A stretch of DNA of 48,419 bases from an uncultured Aeromicrobium sp. (GCA_964428825.1 CAYRZN010000001.1:1-48419); one strand, 5' to 3'; shown: positions 9,043 through 18,768, numbered from the stretch's first letter. Numbers and translations: made by a program. The notes: generated by a model not told the origin, from the letters alone.

Positions 9043-10035
9043 TCAGGCCCCGGCGTTCCCGCGCGCGACGCCTGCGGGGTCCCCATCCCGACGTCTTCCC
9101 CGCCTACGGACGACCTCGGCCGCCTGCCGCCAGGTCGCGTCGCTGATCAGCACGGCGTCGGCCGCGATCATCGCCAGCGAGAAGTACATGAGCCCCATCA
9201 GGACGCCGATCCCGACGTGGGTACCCGTCACGAGGACGAATCCGAGGACCCGGGTGCGCCGGTCGAGCAGCAGGAGCGGGAAGGCCAGCTGGATGACCAT
9301 GGCGCTCCACGTGGCCGCGTGCACGAACGGCGACCACTCGTACAGCCAGCCAAGCTCGTCGAGCCATGGCGAGTACTGGTTGACCTGGAGCGGGAAGTAC
9401 ACCGCGGTGCCGTCGATCCAGGCGGGGCCGTCGAACTTCCACAGCGCCGAGCCGACGTAGATCATGACGATCTGGTGCGCGATCAGCACGACGGCGACGT
9501 TGTTGAGCAGGATCGTGAACCACTCACGTGAGCGTGCCGGCCTCTCGCGGCCGCTCGGGCGCCGGCGACGCTCGTCCAACGACGCAGCGGCACCGCTGTC
9601 GCTGAAGCACAGGTAGAAGAGCACCAGCCGGACGACGTCCTCGGCGCCCGACCGCAGGATCGGCGACGCGTCGATCATGACGGCCCACAGCACGAAGGTG
9701 GCGATGCACGCGGTGCGGGTGTGCCAGCCCAGCAGCAGCGCCACACCGGCGAGGACCGACGCGAGCACGGCGAGGTCGGTGACCCACGGCGGACCGGCGG
9801 GAAGCCACGGCAGCCAGGTCAGCACGGCCTGGCGCTCGTGGAACGGCTCGGCCCACCGGTGCCCGACGCCCCAGATGTACTGGCGGTCGGCGAACCCGAC
9901 GGCGAGCTGGAGCAGGATCGTGACGGCCAAGGTCATCCGGGTCGCCGCGAGACCGTAGGTCGACCACCGGTGCGAGGTCAGGGAGCCGACGAGCCGGTCG
10001 ACCAGTGGCGTGAACCGGTCGGCCACGGCGCTCAC
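9043..10035 (-). CDS. HTTM-domain membrane protein (SdpB-like), copy 2
   Basis: 'LGWHTR', 'ASLDER', 'LNN', 'YVGSALWK...WIDGTA', 'THVGIGVLMGLMYFSLAM' motifs. GTG 10035 overlaps the upstream TGA. Confidence 0.85.
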   Translation of the reverse strand: MSAVADRFTPLVDRLVGSLTSHRWSTYGLAATRMTLAVTILLQLAVGFADRQYIWGVGHRWAEPFHERQAVLTWLPWLPAGPPWVTDLAVLASVLAGVALLLGWHTRTACIATFVLWAVMIDASPILRSGAEDVVRLVLFYLCFSDSGAAASLDERRRRPSGRERPARSREWFTILLNNVAVVLIAHQIVMIYVGSALWKFDGPAWIDGTAVYFPLQVNQYSPWLDELGWLYEWSPFVHAATWSAMVIQLAFPLLLLDRRTRVLGFVLVTGTHVGIGVLMGLMYFSLAMIAADAVLISDATWRQAAEVVRRRGRRRDGDPAGVARGNAGA

Positions 10036-10784
10036 GAGCTCCGCTCCAGGTAGGCGGCGACACTGCCACGGCGCTCGGGGTCGTCCTTCGCGGGGATGCG
10101 CCACGGACCCTCGGTCGTCGGCCCGACCGACTTCTCGGCGTCGTGGCGTCGTTCCCACGTGGGTGCCGTCGAGAGACGGGTCCCGTAGCGCACCGCGACC
10201 AGGTCGCGGTCGGGCTCCAGCGTCCGGAACACGTCCGTCAGGTAGGTCGTCGCCCCCTGGTCGCGCTCGACGATGAGGTCGCGGGCCGGGCCGGTGACGT
10301 CGTCGGCGCCCAGGAGGCGGAACAGGTCGGCGGCGTCGAGGGGCTCGGACTCCGACGACGCGTCCGCGACGCCCGTCCGGACCTCGTTCCTGACGTTCGA
10401 CCAGACGGCGTCGAGACCACCGGCCAGGCGCGCGGTCAGGTAGGCCGAGCGCGGAGCACCCAACGAGTGCGTCACGACCGAGTCGTCGATCGCGGTGAGG
10501 TTGACCCACTCCCCCGTCGTGACCGTGGCACCGTCGCGCCAGGCCGCCTGCACCATCAGGTCGCGGTCGGCATTGACGGGACTGGGCGCGAAGAGCTTCC
10601 ACTCCTCCTCGAAGTACGAGCTCAGCACCAGCTCGGCGGCCGCTCGCGTGCCCGGCGGTGCCGACTGCGGAGGGATCGAGATGAACGTGACGCCGAACAG
10701 CTGGACCGCCGCGACCAGGGCGACCACGATCACGACGACGCGGCGCACCGTCGACACGCTGCTGGCGCCAGTCTCGTTCGACAC
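10032..10784 (-). CDS. DUF5819/SdpA-like protein, copy 2
   Basis: N-terminal TM, 'YFEEEWKLFAPSP' (SdpA-type WxLFAP), 'EWVNLT', 'PTWERR', 'PWR'. TAGAGT -10 lies 6 nt upstream of the GTG. Confidence 0.8.
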   Translation of the reverse strand: MSNETGASSVSTVRRVVVIVVALVAAVQLFGVTFISIPPQSAPPGTRAAAELVLSSYFEEEWKLFAPSPVNADRDLMVQAAWRDGATVTTGEWVNLTAIDDSVVTHSLGAPRSAYLTARLAGGLDAVWSNVRNEVRTGVADASSESEPLDAADLFRLLGADDVTGPARDLIVERDQGATTYLTDVFRTLEPDRDLVAVRYGTRLSTAPTWERRHDAEKSVGPTTEGPWRIPAKDDPERRGSVAAYLERSS

Positions 10785-10952
10785 CGGGCCACTCTAGAGG
10801 CCGCGACGCGTTCGGCTCGGCCCGCGACCAGGTGACAAGTTGCCTACGTCACCCATTTGCAACCTCGCAGGCCTCCCCAGGCACCCGCCCGGCTGGCTAC
10901 GGTTCCGAGGACTCGGGTCCGACGGGCGGGCTCGTTCTCATGAGGAGTTCGT

Positions 10953-12563
10953 ATGTCGTTGCGCCGCGGCGCCGCCATCGCGCTGACCACTGCCGTCTCG
11001 GCCGCCACCCTCGTCGCCTGTGGTTCCGGTGACGAGGCCACGGGTCTGATCGTCGGCACCACCGACAAGGTCGTCTCCATCGACCCCGCCGGTTCCTACG
11101 ACAACGGATCGATGACGGTGCAGACGCAGGTGTACCAGTACCTGCTCAACTTCCCCGCCGGCTCCACCGAGCTCGCCCCCGACGCCGCCGAGTCCTGCGA
11201 CTTCACCGAGCCGACGGTCTACACCTGCACCCTGAAGTCGGGGCTGACCTTCGCGAACGGCAACGACCTCACGGCGTCCGACGTCGCGTTCTCGTTCCAG
11301 CGCATCGTCGACATCAACGACGCCAACGGCCCCGCCTCGCTGCTCGGCAACATGGCGTCGGTCGAGGCCGTCGACGACACCACGGTGAAGTTCACGCTCA
11401 ACTCCCCCAACGACCAGACGTTCCCGCAGATCCTCGTGACCTCGGCCGGGCCGATCGTCGACGAGGACACCTACCCCGCCGACGAGGTCCTGCCCGACGA
11501 CGAGGCGGTCGAGGCGAACGGCTTCTCCGGTCCGTACACGATCTCGTCGTACGACAAGAACGAGCTCGCCGAGTTCACGGCCAACCCCGACTACGACGGC
11601 ACGTACGGCACGCCGGCCGAGGACGTCGTGACGCTCAAGTACTACGCGAAGTCCGAGAACCTCAAGCTCGACATCCAGAACAAGGCGATCGACGTGGCGT
11701 ACCGCTCGCTCACGCCGACCGACATCGCCGACCTCGAGAAGGCCGACGGCATCACGGTCCACCAGGGCGCCGGCGGCGAGCTGCGCTACGTCGTGTTCAA
11801 CCTCGACACGATGCCCGGCGGATCGCCGGAGCAGAAGCTCGCAGTGCGCCAGGCCGTCGCCTCGTCGGTGGATCGCGCCGAGCTGTCGACCGAGGTCTAC
11901 CAGGACACCTACACGCCCGCGTGGTCGATGGTGCCCGAGGGCCAGACGGGGGCCACCGAGGCGTTCAAGGAGCTCTACGGCGCCGAGCCGAACCTGGATG
12001 CCGCCACGAAGTACCTGTCCGACGCCGGTGTCGCGACGCCGGTCGAGGTGCAGCTGCAGTACAACCCCGACCACTACGGCTCGAGCTCCGACCAGGAGTA
12101 CAACGCGATCAAGCGTCAGCTGGAGGACACCGGGTTGTTCACGGTCAACCTGCAGTCGACGGAGTGGACCACCTACTCCGAGGAGTACCCGGCAGACGGC
12201 TACCCGGTCTTCCAGCTCGGCTGGTTCCCCGACTTCCCGGACGCCGACAACTACCTGTCGCCGTTCCTGAGCCCCTACTCGGAGGACAAGGCGGGCAACT
12301 TCACCAACTCGCACTACAACGAGGACGGCACGCCGCACTCCGACCCCGAGATGACGACGCTGCTCGAGTCGGAGCGCACCGACGGTGATCCCACCACCCG
12401 GGCCGCGACGCTGGCCCAGATCCAGACGCGCCTCGCCGAGCAGGTGCCCTTCCTGCCGCTGCTCACGGGCGCCTCGGTCGCGATCGCGGTCGACGGCGTG
12501 AAGGGGGTCGAGGAGACGCTCGACCCGTCCTTCAAGTTCCGGTTCACGTCGCTGTCCCAGTAG
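10953..12563 (+). CDS. Peptide/nickel ABC transporter substrate-binding lipoprotein (family 5)
   Basis: Lipobox LVAC, 'SIDPA', 'LTFANG..LTASDVAFSF', 'SGPY' motifs. GAGGAG RBS. Confidence 0.93.
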   Translation: MSLRRGAAIALTTAVSAATLVACGSGDEATGLIVGTTDKVVSIDPAGSYDNGSMTVQTQVYQYLLNFPAGSTELAPDAAESCDFTEPTVYTCTLKSGLTFANGNDLTASDVAFSFQRIVDINDANGPASLLGNMASVEAVDDTTVKFTLNSPNDQTFPQILVTSAGPIVDEDTYPADEVLPDDEAVEANGFSGPYTISSYDKNELAEFTANPDYDGTYGTPAEDVVTLKYYAKSENLKLDIQNKAIDVAYRSLTPTDIADLEKADGITVHQGAGGELRYVVFNLDTMPGGSPEQKLAVRQAVASSVDRAELSTEVYQDTYTPAWSMVPEGQTGATEAFKELYGAEPNLDAATKYLSDAGVATPVEVQLQYNPDHYGSSSDQEYNAIKRQLEDTGLFTVNLQSTEWTTYSEEYPADGYPVFQLGWFPDFPDADNYLSPFLSPYSEDKAGNFTNSHYNEDGTPHSDPEMTTLLESERTDGDPTTRAATLAQIQTRLAEQVPFLPLLTGASVAIAVDGVKGVEETLDPSFKFRFTSLSQ

Positions 12564-12576
12564 GCCGGTCGGGAGC

Positions 12577-12604
12577 GGGGGCGGGTCCGTCGGGCCCGTC
12601 CCCC
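12577..12604 (+). terminator. Intergenic GC-rich stem-loop after the substrate-binding gene
   Basis: GGGGGCGGGTCC...GGCCCGTCCCCC inverted repeat without a U-tract. Confidence 0.5.
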
Positions 12605-12640
12605 ACCTCGTCCGACACCAGTCCGAAGGGGCGCCCGCCC

Positions 12641-13738
12641 ATGTCCTCCGCCGAAGTCCTCGGGTCCGCCGAGCTGCCGTCGTCCGGTCCCCCCAGCGCG
12701 GAGGCGCCACGGCGCGGCCGCATGAACCCGCTCGCGCGGTACCTCCTGGTGCGGCTGGCCCTCATCGTGCCGATGATGTGGTTCCTCGTCACGCTGGTGT
12801 TCGTGCTGATGCGCGTCATCGGCGACCCGATCCAGGCCGCCCAGGGCGGTCGTCTGAGCCCGGCCCAGATCGCCGAGCGCAAGGCCGAGGCCGGCCTCGA
12901 CCGGCCCCTGCTGACGCAGTACTTCGAGTATCTCGGCGGCATCCTGCGCGGCGACTTCGGCACGACGTTGACCGACAACCGCAAGGTCTCCGACATCCTC
13001 GTCCAGAACGGTGCCGCGACCCTCGAGCTCTCGGTCTACGCGCTGATCGTGGCCTTTGCCGTCGGCGTGCCGCTCGGCCGTCTCGCGGCCCGGCACCGCG
13101 ACCGCTTCCCGGACGTCGTGCTGCGACTCGGCGCGATCCTGGTCTACGCGGCGCCGGTGTTCTTCGTCGGCCTGCTGCTCAAGCTCGCGTTCACGCCGTT
13201 CGGGTGGCCGTCGTCCGGTCGGGCCAGCACGTCCACGGAGCTCGCGCTCTCCCGCGGTGACCACGAGACCCACATCATGCTGCTCGACGCGATCCTCTGG
13301 GGCAGCCCCGACATGGTGCTCGACGTCCTGCAGCACGCGGTGCTGCCGGCCGTCGCGCTCGGACTCCTGACCGGTGGCGTGTTCCTGCGCCTCGTGCGGG
13401 TCAACCTCCTGCAGACGCTCCGCGCGGACTTCGTCACGGCGGCGCGGGCCCGGGGCGTCTCGGAGCGCAGGGTCGTGCGCAAGCACGCGTTCCGCACGGC
13501 CCTCGTGCCGGTCGTGACCGTCATGGGCATGCAGATCGCGATGCTGCTGGCCGGCGCGATCCTCACCGAGACCACGTTCGAGTGGAAGGGCATCGGCTAC
13601 GAGCTCTCCGAGTACCTGATCGCCCGCGACTTCCTCGCGGTCCAGGGCATCGTGACCCTGATCGCGCTGATCGTCGGCATCACGTCCTTCCTCATCGACG
13701 TCATCGTCGCGATCGTCGACCCGCGGGTGAGGTTCTGA
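12641..13738 (+). CDS. Peptide ABC transporter permease (DppB/OppB type)
   Basis: 'GLDRPLLTQY', 'GDFG', EAA loop 'FVTAARARG', 'ETTF...GIG'. Confidence 0.93.
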   Translation: MSSAEVLGSAELPSSGPPSAEAPRRGRMNPLARYLLVRLALIVPMMWFLVTLVFVLMRVIGDPIQAAQGGRLSPAQIAERKAEAGLDRPLLTQYFEYLGGILRGDFGTTLTDNRKVSDILVQNGAATLELSVYALIVAFAVGVPLGRLAARHRDRFPDVVLRLGAILVYAAPVFFVGLLLKLAFTPFGWPSSGRASTSTELALSRGDHETHIMLLDAILWGSPDMVLDVLQHAVLPAVALGLLTGGVFLRLVRVNLLQTLRADFVTAARARGVSERRVVRKHAFRTALVPVVTVMGMQIAMLLAGAILTETTFEWKGIGYELSEYLIARDFLAVQGIVTLIALIVGITSFLIDVIVAIVDPRVRF

Positions 13739-16425
13739 TGGCACGCCGCCTCGCTCTCCCCGTCCCTGCCGTCGTGCGCCAGTCGCACGGCCTGCAACGC
13801 TTCATGCTGCTGCTCGGCTTCGGTCTCATGGCGCTGTTCGTCGTGGTCGCGCTGTTCGCACCGTGGATCGCCCCCTACGACTTCGACGCCGTGCGCAACG
13901 CCGACGGCGTCAGGTTCGGCACGCAGCAGGGGCCGTCCGCGGCGCACTGGTTCGGCACGACGGTGGGCGGGCAGGACGTCCTCTCCCGGGTCGTGTTCGG
14001 GGCACGGACCGCGGTGGAGGTCATCGTCCTCGCCGTCGTGCTGTCGAGCCTCGTGGGCGTACCGCTCGGACTCGTCTCCGGCTACCTCGGCGGATGGCTC
14101 GATCGCGTCCTCGTGCTGGTGATGGACGCGCTCTACTCGTTCCCCTCGCTGCTCCTGGCGATCGTCGTCTCGATCGTGCTGACGGGCGGGCAGAGCAGCG
14201 CCTTCGGTGGCATCTTCGCCGCGGCCCTGTCGATCACGGTCGTGTTCGTGCCGCAGTACTTCCGCGTCGTGCGCAACGCGACCCTGGCGGTGAAGTCCGA
14301 GCCCTACGTCGACGCCGCGCGGGTCGTCGGCGTCCGCACCCCGCGGATCCTGCGCCGTCACGTGTTCTCGAACGTGTCGCAGTCGCTCCCCGTCATCGCG
14401 ACCCTCAACGCGTCCGAGGCGATCCTGACCCTGGCGGGCCTGGGGTTCCTCGGGTTCGGCATCGAGCCGTCGGCCGCCGCCGAGTGGGGCTACGACCTCA
14501 ACAAGGCGCTCCCCGACGCCGCGTCCGGCATCTGGTGGACGGGCACGTTCCCGGGCCTCGCGATCGTGCTGATCGTGCTCGGCGTGACGCTCGTCGGCGA
14601 GAGCCTCAACGACATCTGGAACCCGCTCCTGCGCACGCGCGGCGGCACCGACGGCCACGACGCCGAGGAGGTCGCCGACCTGGTGGCGGTCGACCCGGCC
14701 GAGGCCGCGTCGGCCGCCGCCCCGGCACCGGGGTCGCCGGGGTCGGCGGGGTCACCGCCCGCGGAACGACTCGCCGTGCTCTCGCTCCGCGACCTCTCGG
14801 TGTCGTTCCGCACCGACGGCGCCCCCGTCACCGCCGTCCGTGGCATCGGTTTCGACGTGCACCCGGGTGAGGTCGTCGCGGTAGTGGGCGAGTCCGGGTC
14901 CGGCAAGTCCGTGAGCTCACGGGCGATCCTCGGGCTCCTCCCCGACACCGCCACGGTCGACGGGTCCGCCGTGCTCCGCACGCCGGGCGACGAGCCGCGC
15001 GAGCTGATCGGCCGCCGGGGCGACGCGATGCGGTCGATCCGGGGCGACGAGGTCTCGATGGTCTTCCAGGAGCCGTCCACCGCGCTCACGCCGGTGCGCA
15101 CGATCGGCTGGCAGCTCGTGGAGTGCATCCGCGCCCACCGGGACGTGTCCGTCGCCGAGGCGAGGAAGCGCGCCGTGGAGCTGCTCGGCCTGGTGGGCCT
15201 TCCCGACCCGTCCGAACGCATCGGCCACTACCCGCACCAGCTCTCCGGGGGCCAGAAGCAGCGGGTCGTCATCGCGATGGCGATCGCGTGCGAGCCGGAC
15301 GTCATCCTCGCCGACGAGCCCACGACGGCCCTCGACGTGACGGTGCAGGCCGCGATCCTCGAGCTGCTGCTCTCGTTGCGCGACCGGCTCGGCACCGCGA
15401 TCGTGCTCATCACGCACAACATGGGGGTCGTCGCCGACGTCGCCGACCGGGTCGTCGTGATGTACCGCGGCTCGATCGTCGAGCAGGCCCCGGTCGACCA
15501 GCTCTTCTCGGCACCGGAGCACCCGTACACGCGGGCGCTGCTCGATGCCGTGCCGCACCTCGGACGCGAGACCGGACCGGGTGAGGCGCCCGCCAGCGAC
15601 CTCGTGCTCGACGTCGATCGCCTCGTCGTCGACTTCCCCGGAGGCTTCGGTCGCCCGACCTTCCGTGCCGTCGACGACGTCTCCCTGCAGGTCCGCAAGG
15701 GCGAGGTGCTCGCCCTCGTGGGCGAGTCGGGCTCCGGCAAGTCCACGATCGGTCGGGCCGCCGTCGGCCTGCAGCAGCCCACGAGCGGCAGCATCACGGT
15801 CGCGGGGCACCAGGTCTCGGGCATCAGCGACGCCCGGCTGCGGCCGCTGCGGCGTCGGTTCGGCTTCGTGTTCCAGGACCCCGCGGCCTCGCTCAACCCC
15901 AGGCTCTCGGTCGGCGACTGCATCGCCGAGCCCCTGCGCACCCAGACCGACCTCCCGTCGGCCGAGGTCCAGGCGCGGGTCCACCGACTGCTCGAGGACG
16001 TCCAGCTGACCGGTGAGCACGCGGGCCGGTTCCCCCACGAGCTCTCCGGCGGCCAGCGGCAGCGCGTCTCCCTGGCTCGGGCCCTCGCTCTCGACCCCGA
16101 TCTGCTGATCGCCGACGAGCCGACGTCCGCCCTGGACGTCTCGGTGCAGGCGCGGGTGCTCGAGGTGTTCCGTGAGCTCCAGGAACGACTCCAGTTCGCG
16201 TGCCTGTTCATCAGCCACGACCTGGCGGTCGTCGACTCCCTGGCCAACCGGGTCGCGGTGCTCCAGCACGGCCGGCTCGTCGAGGTCGGTCCGCGCGAGA
16301 GCGTGCTCGGCTCACCCACGCAGGACTACACCCGTCGGCTCATCGCCGCCGTCCCCGTGCCCGACCCGGTCGAGCAGCGACGTCGCCGGGCCGAGCGCGG
16401 CGCGTTGCTGACGGAGGAGTCGTAG
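13738..16425 (+). CDS. Fused peptide ABC permease (DppC type) + two ATP-binding domains
   Basis: ATG overlaps the previous TGA. 'HWFGT..GQDVLSR' and 'YVDAAR..G' permease motifs, then two sets of GESGSGKS / LSGGQ / ADEPT in one frame. Confidence 0.9.
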   Translation: MARRLALPVPAVVRQSHGLQRFMLLLGFGLMALFVVVALFAPWIAPYDFDAVRNADGVRFGTQQGPSAAHWFGTTVGGQDVLSRVVFGARTAVEVIVLAVVLSSLVGVPLGLVSGYLGGWLDRVLVLVMDALYSFPSLLLAIVVSIVLTGGQSSAFGGIFAAALSITVVFVPQYFRVVRNATLAVKSEPYVDAARVVGVRTPRILRRHVFSNVSQSLPVIATLNASEAILTLAGLGFLGFGIEPSAAAEWGYDLNKALPDAASGIWWTGTFPGLAIVLIVLGVTLVGESLNDIWNPLLRTRGGTDGHDAEEVADLVAVDPAEAASAAAPAPGSPGSAGSPPAERLAVLSLRDLSVSFRTDGAPVTAVRGIGFDVHPGEVVAVVGESGSGKSVSSRAILGLLPDTATVDGSAVLRTPGDEPRELIGRRGDAMRSIRGDEVSMVFQEPSTALTPVRTIGWQLVECIRAHRDVSVAEARKRAVELLGLVGLPDPSERIGHYPHQLSGGQKQRVVIAMAIACEPDVILADEPTTALDVTVQAAILELLLSLRDRLGTAIVLITHNMGVVADVADRVVVMYRGSIVEQAPVDQLFSAPEHPYTRALLDAVPHLGRETGPGEAPASDLVLDVDRLVVDFPGGFGRPTFRAVDDVSLQVRKGEVLALVGESGSGKSTIGRAAVGLQQPTSGSITVAGHQVSGISDARLRPLRRRFGFVFQDPAASLNPRLSVGDCIAEPLRTQTDLPSAEVQARVHRLLEDVQLTGEHAGRFPHELSGGQRQRVSLARALALDPDLLIADEPTSALDVSVQARVLEVFRELQERLQFACLFISHDLAVVDSLANRVAVLQHGRLVEVGPRESVLGSPTQDYTRRLIAAVPVPDPVEQRRRRAERGALLTEES

Positions 16426-16433
16426 GATCCGCC

Positions 16434-16475
16434 GGTTGAGGTGCGAGTGCGCTCTGGCGCACGAGCCTCGAAACC
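16434..16475 (+). repeat. REP-like palindromic element, family A
   Basis: GGTTGAGGTGCGAG-(hairpin)-CGAGCCTCGAAACC. The same arms recur at 48222-48264 and, inverted, at 48289-48328. Confidence 0.75.
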
Positions 16476-16576
16476 ACGTACAGGTGACGGCCTCCCGTTG
16501 TGACCGACGAGCGGCATGGACCAGGAGGCGATCGCCCTCCGGGTGCCGCATCCGACGGCTCAGCGACACAGGGCAC

Positions 16577-16628
16577 GGCAGACGGTGACATCGCACGGCA
16601 CATGTGCCGTGCGATGTCACCGTCTGCC
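16577..16628. repeat. 52-bp perfect palindrome with no spacer
   Basis: GGCAGACGGTGACATCGCACGGCACA is followed immediately by its exact reverse complement. Confidence 0.95.
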
Positions 16629-16732
16629 TTGTTCACTCCGTAACTCGGGCAGTTGGGTGACGGCGGAGGCCGCCCCGCTCTTGGTCCGTGGCCGCTTGTC
16701 CCCCGCTGTCCGCCGGGCCGGACCAACAGCCG

Positions 16733-18628
16733 TCAGCGCCTCAGGCCGAACAGTCCCCCGGTGAGGGTGTTCAACAGCGACGTCAGGACGCCCTGGATGC
16801 CGGCCAACGGTGCCGGGGCGGGGGTCGTCGGCGCCGGCGTCGTGACCGTGCCGGGCACCGTCGTGGTTGAACCGGGCACTCCCGGCGGACGTTGCACGAG
16901 GAGCTCGACGTTGCGCGAGGCGACGTCGCCCCGCGCCGCCACGAGGTCGGCCTGGGGGTCGTTGGCGGACAGCTCGCGGGAGAGCGCTGCGAGCGACACC
17001 GGATCGTCGAGGTCGCCGTCGAACGCCGCCGGTGCCGCGTGGTCGAGCAGGGTGCCGAAGATCGACCACGTCCCGTCGCCGTTGTCGGCGATCTCGATGA
17101 CACGCGCCTGCTGCGGGAAGTCGATGTGGGCGGCGGTGTTGATCTCCCAGAAGCCACCCGAGCCGTCGGCCCGCGGGTGCTGGATGACGCGGTTCTTGTG
17201 CGTGTGGCCGTTGACCCAGGCGATGACCTGCGGCTTGCCCAGCAGGTAGCTCACGACGGCGGGTCCGAGGACCCGGGTCCGCACGTCGCCCCCGAGCGCC
17301 TGCAGGGAGTTGCCCATCGAGTCGGACGTGTGGTGGCTGAACAGCACGACGGCCTTGTCGGTCGTGCCGTCGACGACCTGCTTCAGCCAGGCGAACTGGG
17401 TGTCGTCGAGCGATCCGTCGGAGTAGCCGTTGGGGTTGACCGTGTCGAGCACGACCATGCGGACGTCACCACGGTCGAACGTGTAGTAGGCCGTGCCGGC
17501 CGTGCGGTTCTGCGCGGTGAAGCCGTGGCCCACGGGCGTGCCGCTCGTGGTGAAGTGCTCCGCCACGACCTGCTTGCGGGTCAGCAGCCGGCGCCTCTGG
17601 TCGGCCGTCACGAGCCGGGCTCCGGGTCCCAGGGTCAGGCCCTGGAGGAGGATGCCGAGGTCCAGCCGGGTCACGGCGTCGAGCAGGTTCGCCTGGGAGA
17701 CCCCGAGCGGCGGCGACACGATCTTGACGTTGCCCGTGGAGATCAGCCCGAACGGCACGGTGCCCGCGGGGAAGAGGCCCTGCACCAGCCCGTCGTGGTT
17801 GCCGTAGACCGAGTACCACGGGACGCCGAGCCCCTCGGCGTCGAACGGGGCCCGCGCCGCGTCGAGCAGGCCCGGGACGGTCGGGTACCCGAAGTCCCCG
17901 CGGTAGTCGTCGTCGGCCCGGCCCGGCGGGGAACCGTCGGGGTGCCAGTAGTGGGTGTCGTAGGTCAGGGCGTCCTGGTCGGCGACGCCCTCGTACCGGT
18001 TCGGGTCGCCGCTGTCGGGCGTGATCGGACCACCGTCGAGGACGTCGATGTTCCACCGGACCTCGTTGAGCTGGCTGTTGTCGGAGTTGTCACCGGTCTG
18101 GATCGCGAACTGCAGGGACTGGCCGAGGACCGGCCCCGTGCCGAGCGCGTTGATCGCCCGCACCATCGCCTCGGCGACCTGGGCGGAGAGGAGCTCCTGA
18201 GGTCGGTAGGCGGAGCTGAAGAGGCCGATCGTGGGCGCGCCCGAGGTGCCGGGGTCGTCGAACCGGTCGAACCACTCCAGACGCGCCGGTGACTGGTGGT
18301 CCACGACGTGCACGTCGCTGAGCTGCACGAACGTCGCCTTGTGCACGCGCCCGGTGGCACGCCCCGCCCCCGCGGCGATGCCGAGGTCGGTGCGCACGAC
18401 GTGCGGGTCCGGAGCCGCGATCACGACGTTGCGGTAGCCACGCGCGTTCGGGCCACCGACGCCGAAGGTCGACTGCAGGGTGCTGCGCGCGACGGTGCCC
18501 GACTGGCGCAGGGCGTCGCGGGCGGGCGACACGGCGCGGGCGGCCAGTGGTCCGAGCACCTGGCTGCCCACCACGACGGCGGCGCCCAGAGCGCCCCTCT
18601 GGATCACGGAACGACGAGAGATGTCCAC
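16733..18628 (-). CDS. Tat-exported metallophosphoesterase (TIGR03767-like)
   Basis: Twin-Arg signal 'SRRSVI'. Calcineurin-like motifs SDVH, TGDNSD, GNHD, SHH, GHTH. Confidence 0.88.
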   Translation of the reverse strand: MDISRRSVIQRGALGAAVVVGSQVLGPLAARAVSPARDALRQSGTVARSTLQSTFGVGGPNARGYRNVVIAAPDPHVVRTDLGIAAGAGRATGRVHKATFVQLSDVHVVDHQSPARLEWFDRFDDPGTSGAPTIGLFSSAYRPQELLSAQVAEAMVRAINALGTGPVLGQSLQFAIQTGDNSDNSQLNEVRWNIDVLDGGPITPDSGDPNRYEGVADQDALTYDTHYWHPDGSPPGRADDDYRGDFGYPTVPGLLDAARAPFDAEGLGVPWYSVYGNHDGLVQGLFPAGTVPFGLISTGNVKIVSPPLGVSQANLLDAVTRLDLGILLQGLTLGPGARLVTADQRRRLLTRKQVVAEHFTTSGTPVGHGFTAQNRTAGTAYYTFDRGDVRMVVLDTVNPNGYSDGSLDDTQFAWLKQVVDGTTDKAVVLFSHHTSDSMGNSLQALGGDVRTRVLGPAVVSYLLGKPQVIAWVNGHTHKNRVIQHPRADGSGGFWEINTAAHIDFPQQARVIEIADNGDGTWSIFGTLLDHAAPAAFDGDLDDPVSLAALSRELSANDPQADLVAARGDVASRNVELLVQRPPGVPGSTTTVPGTVTTPAPTTPAPAPLAGIQGVLTSLLNTLTGGLFGLRR

Positions 18629-18768
18629 GCCCTCTCAACGGCGTGACGTGACGTAGGTCACGGTCGCGAGCGGGAGATCTCGTGCCGACCCTCGCCGCAC
18701 GGGGGTGGCCACGCCCCCGTGGTCCGCGTACCGTGGACCTGTCCCACTCCCGAACGAAGAGGTCTCAG

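Noticed and set aside
5275-10784. Interpretation as a standard Sdp cannibalism toxin locus
   Set aside because: No SdpC-like precursor, SdpI immunity or SdpR gene is recognisable, and the central protein is large, Cys-free and LPXTG-anchored.
10831-10853. GGTGAC-N11-GTCACC inverted repeat in the divergent promoter region
   Set aside because: 6-bp arms are expected by chance at this GC content, and no cognate regulator is adjacent.
16430-16730. CRISPR array or small ORFs in this repeat-rich intergenic region
   Set aside because: No regularly spaced direct repeats, no cas genes, and the short ORFs lack coding features.
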